From Mobula hypostoma (lineage: Eukaryota): a DNA stretch of 64,000 bases. The notes under the pieces are model-generated. The model made no database searches. It was given only the letters and a program-made list of their open reading frames with translations, and was not told where the DNA came from. The position numbers were made by a program, and so were the translations under genes. The DNA lies in the NCBI RefSeq assembly GCF_963921235.1, contig NC_086108.1:80602001-80666000 (forward strand), written 5' to 3'. Shown piece after piece: positions 12,262 to 25,991 of the stretch. Within the stretch, counting starts at the first letter, position 1, and each line of letters begins with the position of its first letter.

Positions 12262-12658
12262 CAGTGCTGTGCAAAAGTCTTAGGCACCCAAGATTTTTTA
12301 TATGGTTTCAGATGCTATGGCCTCCACAGAACCCTGATTCTCAACATCATTGAGGCTGTCTGGGATTACAGGAGAGACTGAAGCTGTGAGATAGCCAGTC
12401 TGCGTAAGAGCTCTCCAAAATGCTTGGATCAACCTATGAGCCAATTTTCTTACGAAACTGTATGCAGTGTACCTGAGAGAATGGATATTGTTTTAAAGGT
12501 GGTCACATCAAGTATAGATTTGATTCAATTGCTTTGCTGTTCACTGCTCTTTACAGTCATTTCTTTGATATTTCTAAGTTTTTCATTTCATTATCTTTGA
12601 AAGCATCTTCGCTTTACAGAACTATTTTACACGTGTCTAAGACTTTTGCACAGTTCTG
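12262..12658 (+). mobile_element. Tc1-family non-autonomous DNA transposon (internal deletion derivative)
   Basis: TIRs cagtgctgtgcaaaagtcttaggcac and gtgtctaagacttttgcacagttctg, the latter followed by TA. Internal remnant of the W-P-P-Q-x-P-D-L-N-I-I-E-A-V-W transposase motif at ~12318-12365. Confidence 0.85.
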
Positions 12659-13949
12659 TATGTATGGATGGAAATATTTACAATATTTGTTTATTGTGTT
12701 GAAATCATTAATGCAAGTGCAACTGATTTAACGAAGCAATTTTCTTTTGTAGGCTGACAGGGAGGAACTTGGGTACAGTCTAAGTCAGACTGCAAATTCA
12801 CTCTCAAATCACATCCAGATTTACTCAAGGTAAAAGACCCTATGACTGAAGAATCAGAATGTTAGCTCCATGAAGGGACAGCATGTTCAGGGTAGATGAG
12901 CTACAAAATACAATCCAGCTACCCATCATAGCTATAAATTTGAACTGGGAAAGCTTGTGTCTATCACCAATTGCCAAACAGAAAATGGCACAACACACCC
13001 TTCATATTGTGAATGCATATGTGCCCAGAATTGGATGAACAAAGAGATCATTGAGGAGCTGGGGTGAGGCCATGAAGGAATTTAAAAACAAAGATAAGAA
13101 TTTTAAAACTATATTTGGCCAGCATGAGAAACTGTAAGAAAACACAGATTATTTTATGTAAGCTATTCCATTCTTCTAATATTATTTTATTAAAATTGTT
13201 CAGAAGGGCAGGGCATTGTGAAGGGAGACACTCACAAATTTCATTTTAATGATGAATAGAAGGATTCTGTTTCAAAGAAACCGTGTAGAACAATGGATAA
13301 GTAGAGACAAACTAATCCATTGTAATACTGGTCCTTCACATTTCAGCATAGCAAGAGATCCAAAATCATTGAAACATGGGTGCTAAAGCATTTATTTTCA
13401 CCTCAATAAAACGAAATAACACAGCTTTAAAATGAGAATTCTTCCACAATGCTCACAGATAGGGGGAAGCACTATTCTTTACCACTGGAGAAGGGTGTAG
13501 AAGGCAAGTACACTCACAGGACATGTGAGCTTTTATACACGGACCCTGACCTTTCGCCTCAGCTCCAATGAACAGTGAGGCTTTTATTAGGAATGGCTAT
13601 GCATAGTTTGCACATTAGTAGGTCAGTGTAGATCCTTAAAGTAGCCTGAGACTTTATTAGCAAGAGCTAACTGACGCTCAGCATTGCTATTCTATTCTTA
13701 GAAAGGGAATCCGCCACTGGCATTTCACATTCTATTTGTAGAGCTCCTTACTGTTGGAGAAATATATATTTAAAAAGATCAATGCCCTAGAACAGTCTTT
13801 ACTGCCAATGCAGTTTCTTCATCAGGGCCTTCACCTTAGATAATGGACAGGTACCCAAGAGGTTAGTGCCAGATTAACAGACCTATTGAGAGATTACTTT
13901 TAAACAGAGCCCTGATGAAATAGCCTCTCCTTACCCTTGCTTAAGACAG

Positions 13950-14582
13950 CATCATACTTGGATGCTGTATGCAGTACTGATCATATTACAGGGAAGATGT
14001 GATTGCATTGGAGAGGGCATGCAGGAGACTCATCAGTATTTTTCAGGGCTGGAAAATTTTAGTTGCCAGGATAGATTGAGGTTGTTGTCTCCAAAACAGA
14101 GGAATCCAAGAAGAGACTTGACTCATATGCATAAAACTATGAGGGACCTATGTCCTTTAGCAGTCAAAACCAGCAGGTTTGATTTAAAGCAATTTGTCGA
14201 ACAAATAAAGAGGAAATTCTGAAATTATTTTTCACAAGCAGGTGGTAGAAATCTGGAACTCATTGCCAGAACAAATGGGAGAGGCAGAAACCCCATCAGA
14301 AGTTTGATGTGCACTAAATGTGCACTAAACAAGACATAATCTGCAAATACTAGAAGCCAGGATGAGGCTGGATAACTTTTCCCCACCCATCATAGTCAGG
14401 ATGGAGTAAGTGGCTTCTGTGCCATAGATTTTCAATAACCTTAATTCATTGTGGGGGGGGGGGGAGATAGAAGGCAGGATATTGGGGCTGAGAGTAAAAT
14501 GGATCAGCCATGTTGAAATGGTGGAGCAGACTCGATGGGCCAAATGGCCTAATTCTGCTCCTATATCTGATGGATTATGGTC
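13950..14582 (+). mobile_element. Degraded CR1 LINE 3' remnants
   Basis: Degenerate ALE..Q....GLE..S...RL coding remnant and a CR1 3'UTR (gatgggccaaatggcctaattctgctcctat...). Confidence 0.65.
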
Positions 14583-14817
14583 TAATACTTCTTAGTCTAG
14601 CTCTCAGATGGATGCCTACAAACTGCAATGCTGAAGAGGATGGTGAAAATTGCAAAGCGTTTCGACCTATACTATATAATACTATACTATGGATTCTGAA
14701 AGTAAGTAGTTTTAAAATGAAAGAATCAGCATTTGCCCATTGTTCTATAACATGCTTTTAATCTACTAGATCAGGGGTTCCCAACCTGGGGTCAATTACC
14801 TCATAATACATCATATT

Positions 14818-16345
14818 ATAGAAACATAGAAAATAGGTGCAGGAGTAGGCCATTCGGCCCTTCGAGCCTGCACCGCCATTTATTATGATCATGGCTGATC
14901 ATCCAACTCAGAACCCAGCCTTCCCTCCATACCCCCTGACCCCTGTAGCCACAAGGGCCATATCTAACTTCCTTTTAAACATAGCTAATGAACTGGCCTC
15001 AACAGTTTGCTGTGGCAGAGAATTCCACAGATTCACCACTCTCTGTGTGAAGAAGTTTTTCCTAACCTCGGTCCTAAAAGGCTTCCCCTCTATCCTCAAA
15101 CTGTGACCCCTCGTTCTAGACCTCCCCAACATCGGGAACAATCTTCCTGCATCTAGCCTGTCCAATCCCTTTAGGATCTTATACGTTTCAATCAGATCCC
15201 CCCTCAATCTTCTAAATTCCAACGAGTACAAGCCCAGTTCATCCAGTCTTTCTTCATATGAAAGACCTGCCATCCCAGGAATCAATCTGGTGAACCTTCT
15301 TTGTACTCCCTCTATGGCAAAGATGTCTTTCCTCAGATTAGGGGACCAAAACTGCACACAATACTCCAGGTGTGGTCTCACCAAGGCCTTGCCCACTTTC
15401 AATGACTGGTGTATAATGACACCCAGGTCTCGTTGCACCTCCCCTTTTCCTAATCGGCCACCATTCAGATAATAATCTGTTTTCCTATTTTTGCCACCAA
15501 AGTGGATACCTTCACATTTATCCACATTAAATTGCATCTGCCATGAGTTTGCCCACTCACCCAACCTATCCAAGTCACCCTGCATCCTCTTAGCATCCTC
15601 CTCACTGCTAACACTGCCACCCAGCTTCGTGTCATCCGCAAACTTGGAGATGCTGCATTTAATTCCCTCATCCAAGTCATTAATATATATTGTAAACAAC
15701 TGGGGTCCCAGCACTGAGCCTTGCGGTACCCCACTAGTCACCGCCTGCCATTCTGAAAAGGTCCCGTTTATTCCCACTCTTTGCTTCCTGTCTGCTAACC
15801 AATTCTCCACCCACACCAATACCTTACCCCCAATACCGTGTGCTTTAAGTTTGCACACTAATCTCCTATGTGGGACCTTGTCAAAAGCCTTTTGAAAATC
15901 CAAATATACCACATCCACTGGTTCTCCCCTATCCACTCTACTAGTTACATCCTCAAAAAATTCTATGAGATTCGTCAGACATGATTTTCCTTTCACAAAT
16001 CCATGCTGACTTTGTCCGATCATTTCACCGCTTTCCAAATGTGCTGTTATCACATCCTTGATAACTGACTCCAGCAGTTTCCCCACCACCGACGTTAGGC
16101 TAACCGGCCTATAATTCCCCGGTTTCTCTCTCCCTCCTTTTTTAAAAAGTGGGGTTACATTAGCCACCCTCCAATCCTCAGGAACTAGTCCAGAATCTAA
16201 CGAGTTTTGAAAAATTATCACTAATGCATCCACTATTTCTTGGGCCACTTCCTTAAGCACTCTGGGATGCAGACCATCTGGCCCTGGGGATTTATCTGCC
16301 TTCAATCCCTTCAATTTACCTAACACCACTTCCCTACTAACATGT
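14818..16345 (-). mobile_element. Young 5'-truncated CR1 LINE, RT domain open, with an in-frame internal deletion
   Basis: 483-aa ORF with KSPGPDG, NYRPVSLTS, YLDFQKAFD, GVPQGSVLGP and FADDTK. (TTTCTATG)n tail at ~14818-14832. Sequence is missing between SLKVG and KALVRPHLEY. Confidence 0.95.
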
Positions 16346-16468
16346 ATATTAGCTTTCACTTCTGAAAGTACCCCAACTACTCATTTATTAAGCCAGTTGT
16401 CTCCATGCTTCTGAGTATCACAATTGATTCAAATATGTAAGGCTGTTAAATCAAAGCAGATATTGGTC

Positions 16469-17395
16469 CAAAGTTCAAGTAAAATTTATTATCAGAATAC
16501 ATACATGTCACCACATACAACCCAGAGCTTTATTTTTCCTGCAAGCATACTTAGCAAATCTATAAACAGGATCAATGAACAACAAATTGTGCAAATGCAA
16601 ATAGAAAAAAAATAAATAGTGAGTATGAAATAAAATGAAAGAGCATGAAATAACAAGGGTCCTTAAAGTGAAACCACTGGTTGTGGGAACAGCAGAAATA
16701 GAATGAGTGTAGTTATCCCCTTTTGCTCAAGAGCCAGATGGTTGAGGGGTAGTACCTGTTCTTGAACTGGGTGGTGCAAGTCCTGAGGCTCCTGTACTTT
16801 CTGTCTGATGGCAGTAGCGAGAAAAGAGCATGGCCTGTCTGGAGAGGATTTCTGATGACAGACGCTGCTTTTCTACAGCAACGTTTCATGCAGATGTGCT
16901 CAATGGTTGGAAGGGCTTTATATGTGATTTACTGGGCTAAATCCATTACCTTTTGTAGGATCTTCCACTCAAATGAATTGGTGTTCCCATACCAGGCTGT
17001 AATGCAGCCAATCTGCACACTTTCCACCATGCACCTATCGAAGTTCTTTACACAGAGATTGCTGAGTGTGTGGAATGGGCTGCGGTGGTGGAGGCGGAAA
17101 CGATAGGGTCTTTTAAGAGACTCCTGGATGGATACACGGAGCTTAGAAAAATAGAGGGCTATGGGTAAACCTAGGTAGTTCTAAGGTAAGGATATGTTTG
17201 GCACAGCCTTGTGGACGGAAGGGCCTGTATTGGGCTGTGGGTTTTCTATGTTTCTAAGTTTGCCAAGTTTTTGATAACATGTCAAACCTCTGCAGACTCC
17301 TGTGGAAGTAGAGGCTTTGCCATGCTTTCTTTGTTATTATATTTATATCATGTGTTTAGGACAGGCCCTCTGAGACAGTGGCACCCAGGAATTTA
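16469..17395 (-). mobile_element. Rex/Babar LINE 3' fragment carrying a nested CR1 tail
   Basis: The reverse strand shows Rex C-terminal motifs (HALFSLLPSDRKYRS; WYGN). Interrupted at ~17046-17235. Confidence 0.75.
17046..17235 (+). mobile_element. CR1 3' end inserted in the Rex remnant
   Basis: FTQRLLSVWNGL...GYG followed by the tail ttctatgtttct. Possible AAGTT duplication at both junctions. Confidence 0.75.
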
Positions 17396-17739
17396 AAGAG
17401 TCATGTAGGTATTGACCCTGTCAGGGTAGTAACATCAAAACTATCAGTTGCAAAATGCCCCGACTGATTTAAACCTAGCCAAAAAAAAAATCAGCTAGAA
17501 TTACATCAGTCTAGCCATATTTAGTCAAGCATCCATCACAGAGAAAGCTATATGGGACTGACAAAATCTTGAGGTCAAAAAAATTTCCAGTGCCTTGTTA
17601 ATTTGTAGTTTATCAGTGGATGATAACTTGGGATCTATCATAGAGTGACTTTGCATCAGTTGACAGAGGCGAACCATTAGACAAAATAAACCTTTTCAGA
17701 TAATCAGAACTGTAATGTTGAGTCTGTACTTTAAAGTAT

Positions 17740-19610
17740 AGAGTTGCCGAGGAACTACAACACAGAAATAAGCCCTTTGGCCATCTAGTCCATGCCAAAC
17801 TGTGATTTTGCCTAGTCCTGTCAACGCACACATGGGCCATGGCCCTCTATACCACCCATGTTTATATCCAAAGCTCTTAAATTTGCCCTAAAGTAGTTTA
17901 CCTTTCACCCTTAACCTATGACCTCTAGTTCTAGTTTCGTCCAACATTAGGGGAAAAAAGCCTGCTTGCATTTATCTTATCTATCCCCCTCATAATTTTG
18001 TATGTCTCTATTAAATCTCCCCTCATTCACCTATGCTCCAGGGAATACAATCCTAACCAATTCACCCTTTCCCTATAGCACAGGTTCTCAAGTCTCAGCA
18101 ATATCCTGGCAAATTTTCCTGCACTTTTTCAATCTTATTGATATCTTTCCTGTAGGTAAGTACAGAATACTCCAAATTTGGCCTCAACAGTGCCTTCAAC
18201 ATAGCATCCCAACTCCAGTACTCAATACCCTAATTTATGAAAGGTAATGTAAGAAAAACTCTCTTTATGACACTATCTACCTGAGATGCCCCTTTCATGG
18301 AATTATCGATTTGTATTTCCTGATCCTTTTGTTCTACTGCATTCTTCAGTGCCCTACCATTCACTGTGTAATTTCTACACTGGTCTGTCCTCCAAAAGTT
18401 CAACATCTTACACTTGTCGGCATTAAATTCCATCTGTCATTTTTCAGCCCATTTTGCCAGCTGGCTGAGATCCTGCAGCAAGCTTCCTCACTGTCCACCA
18501 CGCCCCCAGTTTTGGTGTAATCTGCAAATCTGCTGCTCCAGTTTGCCATATTATCATCCAAATCATTAATATAGATGACAAACAACAATGGACTCAGCAC
18601 CAGTCCCTGCGGCACACCACTAATTACAGGCCACCAGTCAGACAGGCAGCCACTTAGTACCACTCTCTGGCTTCTCCACTAAGCTAAAGTTAAATCCAAT
18701 TCCCTACTTCATCCTGAGTGACTAAACCTGCTGGATCAATCTCCCTTGCAAAATCTTGTCGAAGTCCTTGCTAAAGTGCATGCAGACAATGTCCACTGCC
18801 TTTCACTCATCAAACTTTCCTGGTAAACAACTTGAAAAAACTCTACGATTGGTTACACATGACCTACCATGCACAAAGCCATATTGCCTATCCCTAATCA
18901 GGCCCTGTCTATCCAAGTACTTAAGCATTTAGTCCCTTAGGAGACCTTCCAATAACTTTCCCATAACTGATGTCAGGCTCACTGGTCTATAATTTCCCAG
19001 CTTATTCTCAGAGACTTTCTTAAACAATGGAACAACAAGAGCTATTCTCCAATCCTTGGGCACCTCTCCACTGGCTAAGGATACGGTAAATATCTCTGCT
19101 AGGGCCCCCGCAATGTCAACTCCTGAGTAAATATAAATGCGAAAAATCCAGTTAAGATCATTCCACTTCTTCCGGCTCCATGCATACAGTAGATGACCAC
19201 AATGATCTTCAAGTGGATCAATTTTGTCCCTTGCTATCTTTTTGCTCTTAATATATTTGTAGAACCCTTGGGATTCTCCTTCACCGAGTCTGACAGAGTG
19301 ACCTTATGGCTTCTTTTAGCCCTCACTCTTGCATTCCTTATATTCTTTGAGCACCTCATTTGTTCCTTGCTGCCCATTCCCGCTATGTACCTCCTTTTTC
19401 ATTTAACCAGGGCCTTAATACCCCTTAAAAGCCAAGGTTGCCTAAATCTGTTAGCATTGTTTTATAATCTGTCAGGAATATATACCCTGTACTCTTAATA
19501 TTTCATTTTTGAAGCCCTCCCAGTTACTAAGCATTCCTCTGCCAGAAAAACAACCTATCCAAATTCACACCTGCCAGGTCCTTTCTGATATCATCGAAAC
19601 CAACCTTTTT
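17740..19610 (-). mobile_element. Old fragmented CR1 LINE (ORF2)
   Basis: ORF pieces SGVPQGLVLSPLLFVIYINDLD...FADYTK and MEFNADKCK..., with many stops and frameshifts. Confidence 0.85.
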
Positions 19611-20112
19611 AATTGCTTGTGCTTTTCTAATCCAATGGAAGAGAATGGAGAGATTCTATAAATATTTTAAATGTCATCAAGGTTTCTTAACAGATACTAT
19701 AAAAGGCTAATTGCAAAAGATCAGTTCAACACTGAAAAAAGACTGTAAGTTAGAGAATAATTATTATATTGTGCATGTTCTGATATTTGTGTGCTTTTAA
19801 AAGGGCTCCGAAAATTCAACCAAGTCTTCCACTACCATTTTGCATGATCGGTTTACTGTTAGTATTTAGTCAGACATGCTGAAGGTGACCCACCTCCCCA
19901 TCCTTCTTTCCATCCACTTCATCCTTCGCTTTCCTGATGTTCCTTCTCTTATAATGACCCTCATGCAGGGATTCTGTTCACCTTTTTGACCAGTAGCCCA
20001 GTAAAGGCAACAGACTGGGAGGCTCTGTCTGGTTATAACAACTCAATACCCCCAGAGTGGTGCAGACAACTACACCTGAATGAGAAGGTTGTTAATAGTC
20101 TCTGTTAAGCTA

Positions 20113-20330
20113 CACAAGAGATTCTACAGATGCTTGAGATCTTGAGAATCACTCACAATATGCTGGAGGTACTCAGTAGGCTAGGCAGCATCTATGGTAG
20201 TAAATAAACAGTCAACGTTTCGAACTCAGACCCTTGATCAGAAATAGAGTCCTGATGAAGTGCCTTGGCCTGAAACATTAATGGTTAATTTCCCTGCGTA
20301 GATGTTGCCAGACTTGCTGAGTGGCTCTGT
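20113..20330. mobile_element. Penelope-derived head-to-head (fold-back) element with two degenerate hammerhead cores
   Basis: A reverse copy (cagtcaacgtttcg...cccttgatcag, 20209-20241) abuts a forward copy (agtcctgatgaag...gcctgaaac, 20248-20276). Confidence 0.7.
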
Positions 20331-23300
20331 TACACTACGTGAGATGCCATAGTTTTCAATAGCTGCAGTGGCTACTATTTGTGAATAAAATATCAGGTTA
20401 GGCACGTAAGATGACTCTATCACTCTATATTTATCTGTTGGAGCAATATGGTCTTTGGCTAACTATGGCTCTGGCCATGATAAAAGTTATTCCTACGGCT
20501 AATTCTGACCTTGGTAGAAGCCCTTGTGATCTATTCTGAAGAGGAGCCCCAACAGCCAACTGAGTTCATTCGATTCTCTCCTCAGCTTGGGGACTTTGGT
20601 AATGTTAACATTCTCATGCACTTGTTTGCTTTGTCTTCTTGCTGAAGGAAGAATGTAGAACATCCGGGGCATCAATAATACCATGGAAGATAAGGCAGAG
20701 AGCAGCTGCAATTGGTCAGAATGATCCTGAGGCCAGGACATTGAACATGATTGACCTCTACTGACAGTGCATCCAGACATAGATAATGCAGGTGTCATAG
20801 AAAGCTGCACAAACCAGCAGCTTTCTACTGATAAACCTTAGTCTGAGGTGATTCTGCTGCTGGAAGAAACCATGAGAGAAGTATTAATCCCTGTCAACTT
20901 TGAGATCTTCAAATGCCTCCTACTCCGGGACACTCATTCATGGTTGCACATCATGTACACAAGTACAACTCACATCAGAAAGTGCCTGGTCAAATTTCCT
21001 TTTTCAGTGAATCAACCCGGAAATGGGTTTTATTACAGTTCACTCCAGAAATTGTCCAATTAAATTCACCGAGCTTTGAAATAAACAGAACAATGTGAGT
21101 CAGTTTTCATTTTTGAAAGCTCTTCCCATGCGGCTTTTTCAGCCTTGCCTTCTCAAAGTTAAATATCTTTACATCAGCAATGAGTGTACAATCTGTTTTA
21201 ACTCTACAACACTCAAAGGTCACTGAAATTCACTGCAGTTGTGGTTAACCTTGTTGTAGGTCATCCATTAAGGCTCAAGTCAGCATCTTTTTGTAGCCAG
21301 CTAAAATATCCTGCATAAATGCAACCACGCATATCCTGTCCTTAAGGTCAGAACTGGTTCAGTCAAATTATTTTCCATAAGAGAAGCAGGCTTCAAAAAT
21401 AATTTGAATAGCAGAAGATTTTGTGTGGTATTGTACATTAAATGCAAAAGATTGGCATGAAGAAACAGCAAACAATCAGAAAGACAGAAGAGATGGAACA
21501 TTAAAGCATGCAATTTTGCAAAAGCCCAGAAGGCATTGGTGATACTATAGCCAACTTTGATCTCCCCATTTAAGGAAGTATACACTTGTATTGCAGGCAG
21601 TTCAGTGAAGGTTCATAAGGATGATTCCTATGATAAAGATGTTCTCTTATAAAGAACAATTGAGCAGGTTAGCCCTAAAATTAGAGTTCAGAAGAATGAG
21701 AGGTGATATGAGGCGATATATGAGAGGTGAATCATAAACATATATGACTATGAGGAGCTTGACAGAGTAGATACTGAGAGGAAAAGTGAAAAAACAATCT
21801 GTGGGTGCTGGATATTTGAAGGTGCTGGAAATATTCAATAGGTCAGGCAACATCTGTGAAGAGAGGACACGACCAAAACTCCCATGAGCACTTATCGACC
21901 TGAAACATTGATGCTATATTCCTCATACTTATGCTAAAATATGTTGGTGCAAACACCAAGAATGTGATGACCTGCAAAGGGGTGTACAGTGAAGTTTGAA
22001 AAAGAGGTACAGGCTAAAGGCATGTTTCAGCCCAGAGGTGTTTACATGATGTTAATTTTAATTTGTTTAAGGGAGGAGACAGTGTGAGAATATTGTGACT
22101 GAAAGGGAGCAACTGTCTATAGCTACAGCAAGTTTCAGCAGGTGTCCACAAAAATGGAAAACTGTACAGAATATAATTAGAAAATGTAATTTTCTCTGAT
22201 GGTACACCAGAGTAAAGCAGGAGCCTACTGAAGCATTCAAAGTCAGAATGTGTGAATCATACCTTAGCTATCTTGCACATGCCTTCCTAAAACTCAAAAT
22301 TAATTCTAGACTTGTTGATAGGATGCACGCCCATTTAACTGTGCACTGTACTCTATGTTATAAACATTTGTCTTGCCTTTAGCCTCTTATTATTTATATC
22401 GTGTGCAAGAACAAAATATGTGTTGCCCACATAGAAGCTCAGTAAAAGCCACTGAGCATTTTCCCCTCTTTGTGCCTTCGTCATACCTGTCAGAATTTGA
22501 AAAATAACACAAGGATTTGGTTATGGTGGGGGTGGGGGGTGGAGTTTGTGAAGGTGTCCTACACCAACAACGCAGCTGCTTTAGTACTTTTCAGTCTTCC
22601 TCGTGTTTATGACTGCTTCACTGATCCATCACTTTGAATAATGCACTAGCTACTGCAAAGGACAAAATTAACATATCCTGTTACACCTTAACAATGTGAT
22701 AATATACAAGCATTTTCTCACTTTCTATCCCAATTTCTTTTTAACCATCAATGGCATATTTTGCTGGAGTAAACCAGAAATAGCTTTAGGCATCTCTGGT
22801 AATTTATGAGTTTTCTTCAGGTGTGAACTCAGATGGATGTGAGCCTTGTCAAGTGTTTGGACACATTTCTCAGGGAATGTTTCAGGGCATTTACCTTGTT
22901 TTTACATATAATGCTTTAAAAGTGAATCTGCTCAATATTGAAGAACTTGTATTAATGCCAAGCAAGGCTGTTGCCTGACATCACAACTCACAGCCTTGTC
23001 CTATACTGGGAACACATTGAATTATCAAACTCACTCATGCAGGACAAACTGGCACAAGAGATTGGTCATCATGCCATAGGTGATTATCAAATATTCACAC
23101 TATAAACACAAGAGGTTCTGCAGATGCTGCAAATCTTGAGTAACACAAACAAGATGCCAGAGGAACTCAGCAAGCCAGGTAGCACCTGGCAGAGAAAGAG
23201 ACAAGGCCCTCAGGTACGTTTGAGTGAGGGTGAGGCTGGAGCATTGAATCTGGAGGGAGAAATGGTGGAAGAAGCAGTCAATCCAGCGCCAGTACCTTTA

Positions 23301-23475
23301 AGTTCAAGTTTGTAGTCATTCAACGTGTATACCTGTACCACCAAACGAAATAATGTTCCTCCAGTCCAAGGTGCACAACACAATACATATAACTCACACA
23401 TATAACACAGAGTAATATTACCACAACTAAATTAAGAAATAATAAGGTGCATCTACAAGTTAAAAAGTAAACAGT

Positions 23476-23888
23476 ATAGTCATAGTCATAGTCATACTTT
23501 TTTGATCCCAAGGGAAATTGGTTTTCATTACAGTTGCACCATAAATAATTAAATACTAATAAAACCATAAATAATTAAATAGTAATATGTAAGTTATGCC
23601 AGGAAATAAGTCCAGGACCAGCCTATTGGCTCAGGGTGTCTGACCCTCCAAGGGAGGAGTTGTAAAGTTTGATGGCCACAGGCAGGAATGACTTCCTATG
23701 ACGCTCTGTGTTGCATCTCGGTGGAATGAGTCTCTGGCTGAATGTACTCCTGTGCCCAACCAGTACATTATGTAGTGGATGGGAGACATTGACCAAAATG
23801 GTATACAACTTGGACAGCATCCTCTTTTCAGACACCACTGTCAAAGAGTCCAGTTCCATCCCCACAACATCACCGGCCTTACGAATGA
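23476..23888 (-). mobile_element. Young Rex/Babar LINE 3' end
   Basis: ORF 23623-23865 is nearly identical to the C-terminus of ORF 49936-51105. (ATGACT)n tail. Confidence 0.92.
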
Positions 23889-24835
23889 TACACTTTGGAT
23901 GATCTTCTGCCTCAACAATAGTTTTCCCATTGCATTCTTATATTCCTTGTTTTATTTTCATTTGGAAAACATGAGCTCCAGGAAATTGCCTAGCCAAATT
24001 GCAAAAGTAACAAGAAAGGACCCAGTTATGAGGCTGCACTCTGAGATATGTCCATTTTCAATCATGCCATTTGATTGAATTTCTAGGTAGAAATAACTGG
24101 AGAGAACATTCTTCCGAGGTAGTGAGAGCAATTACTAGTCATTGCAGATGACAGGCATGCTGGCAAATTGCTACATGGTAAGCTTTCAAAAAATATTGAC
24201 CATCTAATTCCACGGGTTTCACTTAACAGAAATTGAAGTGAAATCCCTGTGTGAAGATAACAGTAGGATTTTCAACAAAAAATACTGTTGGAGAGCTAGC
24301 TTTTGTCTTGAAGTTATCAACTAAAAATGACAAAAAAAACCTCTTGTGGGAGCTGTTTGAAGAGGAAGTAAAGCTGAAAGTAAGTGAGCCAATAAGAAGT
24401 ACAGGACAAGTGTTTTGTTGTTTCTCAAACTTTTACAGGAAGGAGTAAAATTTTGCCAGGTAACTGCGTCTTGTGTTGACTGTTTATTTATCTTGTGCAT
24501 ATCATCCCATCCTCACTGTTCCCTGCCCTACTATTAACAATTTATAACCACATTCTGCCCAAGAGAATATCACCAGAATATAGAATTAGGAGCGGGAGCA
24601 GTCATCTCACCACCTCAATCCTGATCTGTCAATTAGTCAGAACATTTCTGAGAATAACATCAACTCTACATCTTCTAGCAGAAACCTTGCTTTTCAAGTA
24701 TCTATCTACCTCTATATTACAAATATTCAAACGTTCTGCTTCCACAAGAGAGTCCTAAAGTATCACAAGGCTCTGAGAAAAAACAAGCTTGTCTCATCTC
24801 CCTCTTAAGTTGTAATTTTTTAAAAACTGTGACCT

Positions 24836-25607
24836 GTAGAAAGCGGAGCTTAGGAGGGATAATGGTGCCTAATGACAACTCCTTTGCTTGCATCTTCGGA
24901 AACAGCTCTATTTCCACCTTTAATATATTTAACTTTCCCCTTCAGGGTTCTTTTGAAGATCCTGACCTGGAGTTACACGCAGGCTTAGGTTCTTTGCGGG
25001 AATGAGAGCCCCGATTGTGTTTGGAAGCCTAAGATCTCGGGGATCAGGAGACGGGTGGATCGAGGGTCAGCGTCATGGCAGGAGACTCATGCGTCATCAA
25101 GGAGGCTAGAAAATCTTTCGCTGTGGGTCCGAAGACTCGAGGTCTTTGCGATCTTCGGACACAGAGCTCGAAAAAAGCGACGAAACGGACTTTTAACATC
25201 GTAAACCAGCGGGTTGTTGTTATGTCTCCTGATCGATGTGAAAATGGGGGCCACCTCCCTTTCCCTTGCCAGGGAGAGACAGAACCTGTGGTTTGTCGAA
25301 TGTCGGATGAAATGCAAAGCCTTTGGGGTAACTTTGGTCTGTGTCTTTGCTATTGCTTAGCAGACACTTGGGTTCGGTGACAGCACCAATGTGCTTTTTT
25401 TTGCTGGTGAGGGGAGGGGGGATTGTTGCTCGCTGCCGCTTACACGTGGGAGGGGGGATCTGGGAGTGGACTTTGGGGTTCTCATGTTTAACTGTCATTC
25501 ATTCTTTGGGGCACATCTCTGTTTTTGTGGATGTTTGTGAAGAAAAAGCATTTCAGGATGTATATTGTATACATTTCTCTGACATTAAATTCGACCTTTG
25601 AACCTTT
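24836..25607 (+). mobile_element. ~770-bp non-coding, probably non-autonomous LINE-derived element inserted in an old CR1 remnant
   Basis: No credible ORF and relatively CpG-rich. It ends in attaaa plus a (CCTTTGAA)-type tail. Its 3' end recurs at 4642-4780, and the flanks join into a degraded minus-strand CR1 3' region. Confidence 0.6.
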
Positions 25608-25719
25608 GTATTTTTTGGTTCTTACACAGCAGGAAACATCTTCTTGACATCCACAGGAGGTAATTCCCCATTTCCTCACATCTATTTTGTAGCATGGGTA
25701 TTAGGCAAATGGGATCACA

Positions 25720-25970
25720 AGTGCAGCACAGAGGTTCAGCTGGCGGAGCTGCTGCCTCAGATTCGGTAACTAATGTTCAGCCTAGATCTCTGATGTGTTC
25801 TGTGTGGAGTTTACATGTGCTCCCTGTGATCACGTACACATGCTCTTGTTTTCAATGCCCTAAGATGTGCAGGCTTGAAGTTGACGAGGCATTGTAAATA
25901 GTCCCTAGTATGCATAGGTAGGTGGCAGAGACTTGAAGGAGCTGATACGAATGTGGGGAGAATCAGAACC
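25720..25970 (+). mobile_element. Degraded tRNA-derived (HE1/V-SINE-like) SINE
   Basis: ggagctgctgcctca...tctgtgtggagtttacatgtgctccctgtga core; a likely 3' part lies at ~28540-28620. Confidence 0.55.
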
Positions 25971-25991
25971 AGGGCAATAATCACCAACATA

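Noticed and set aside
20430..21500. Unassigned ~1-kb stretch with several short ORFs
   Set aside because: No motif, splice structure or repeat family that I can recognise.
22263..22286. 24-nt micro-exon-like segment (ttttag|GAAGGCATGTGCAAGATAGCTAAG|gtatga; EGMCKIAK)
   Set aside because: No similarity to BTBD19, and such matches are expected by chance in 54 kb.
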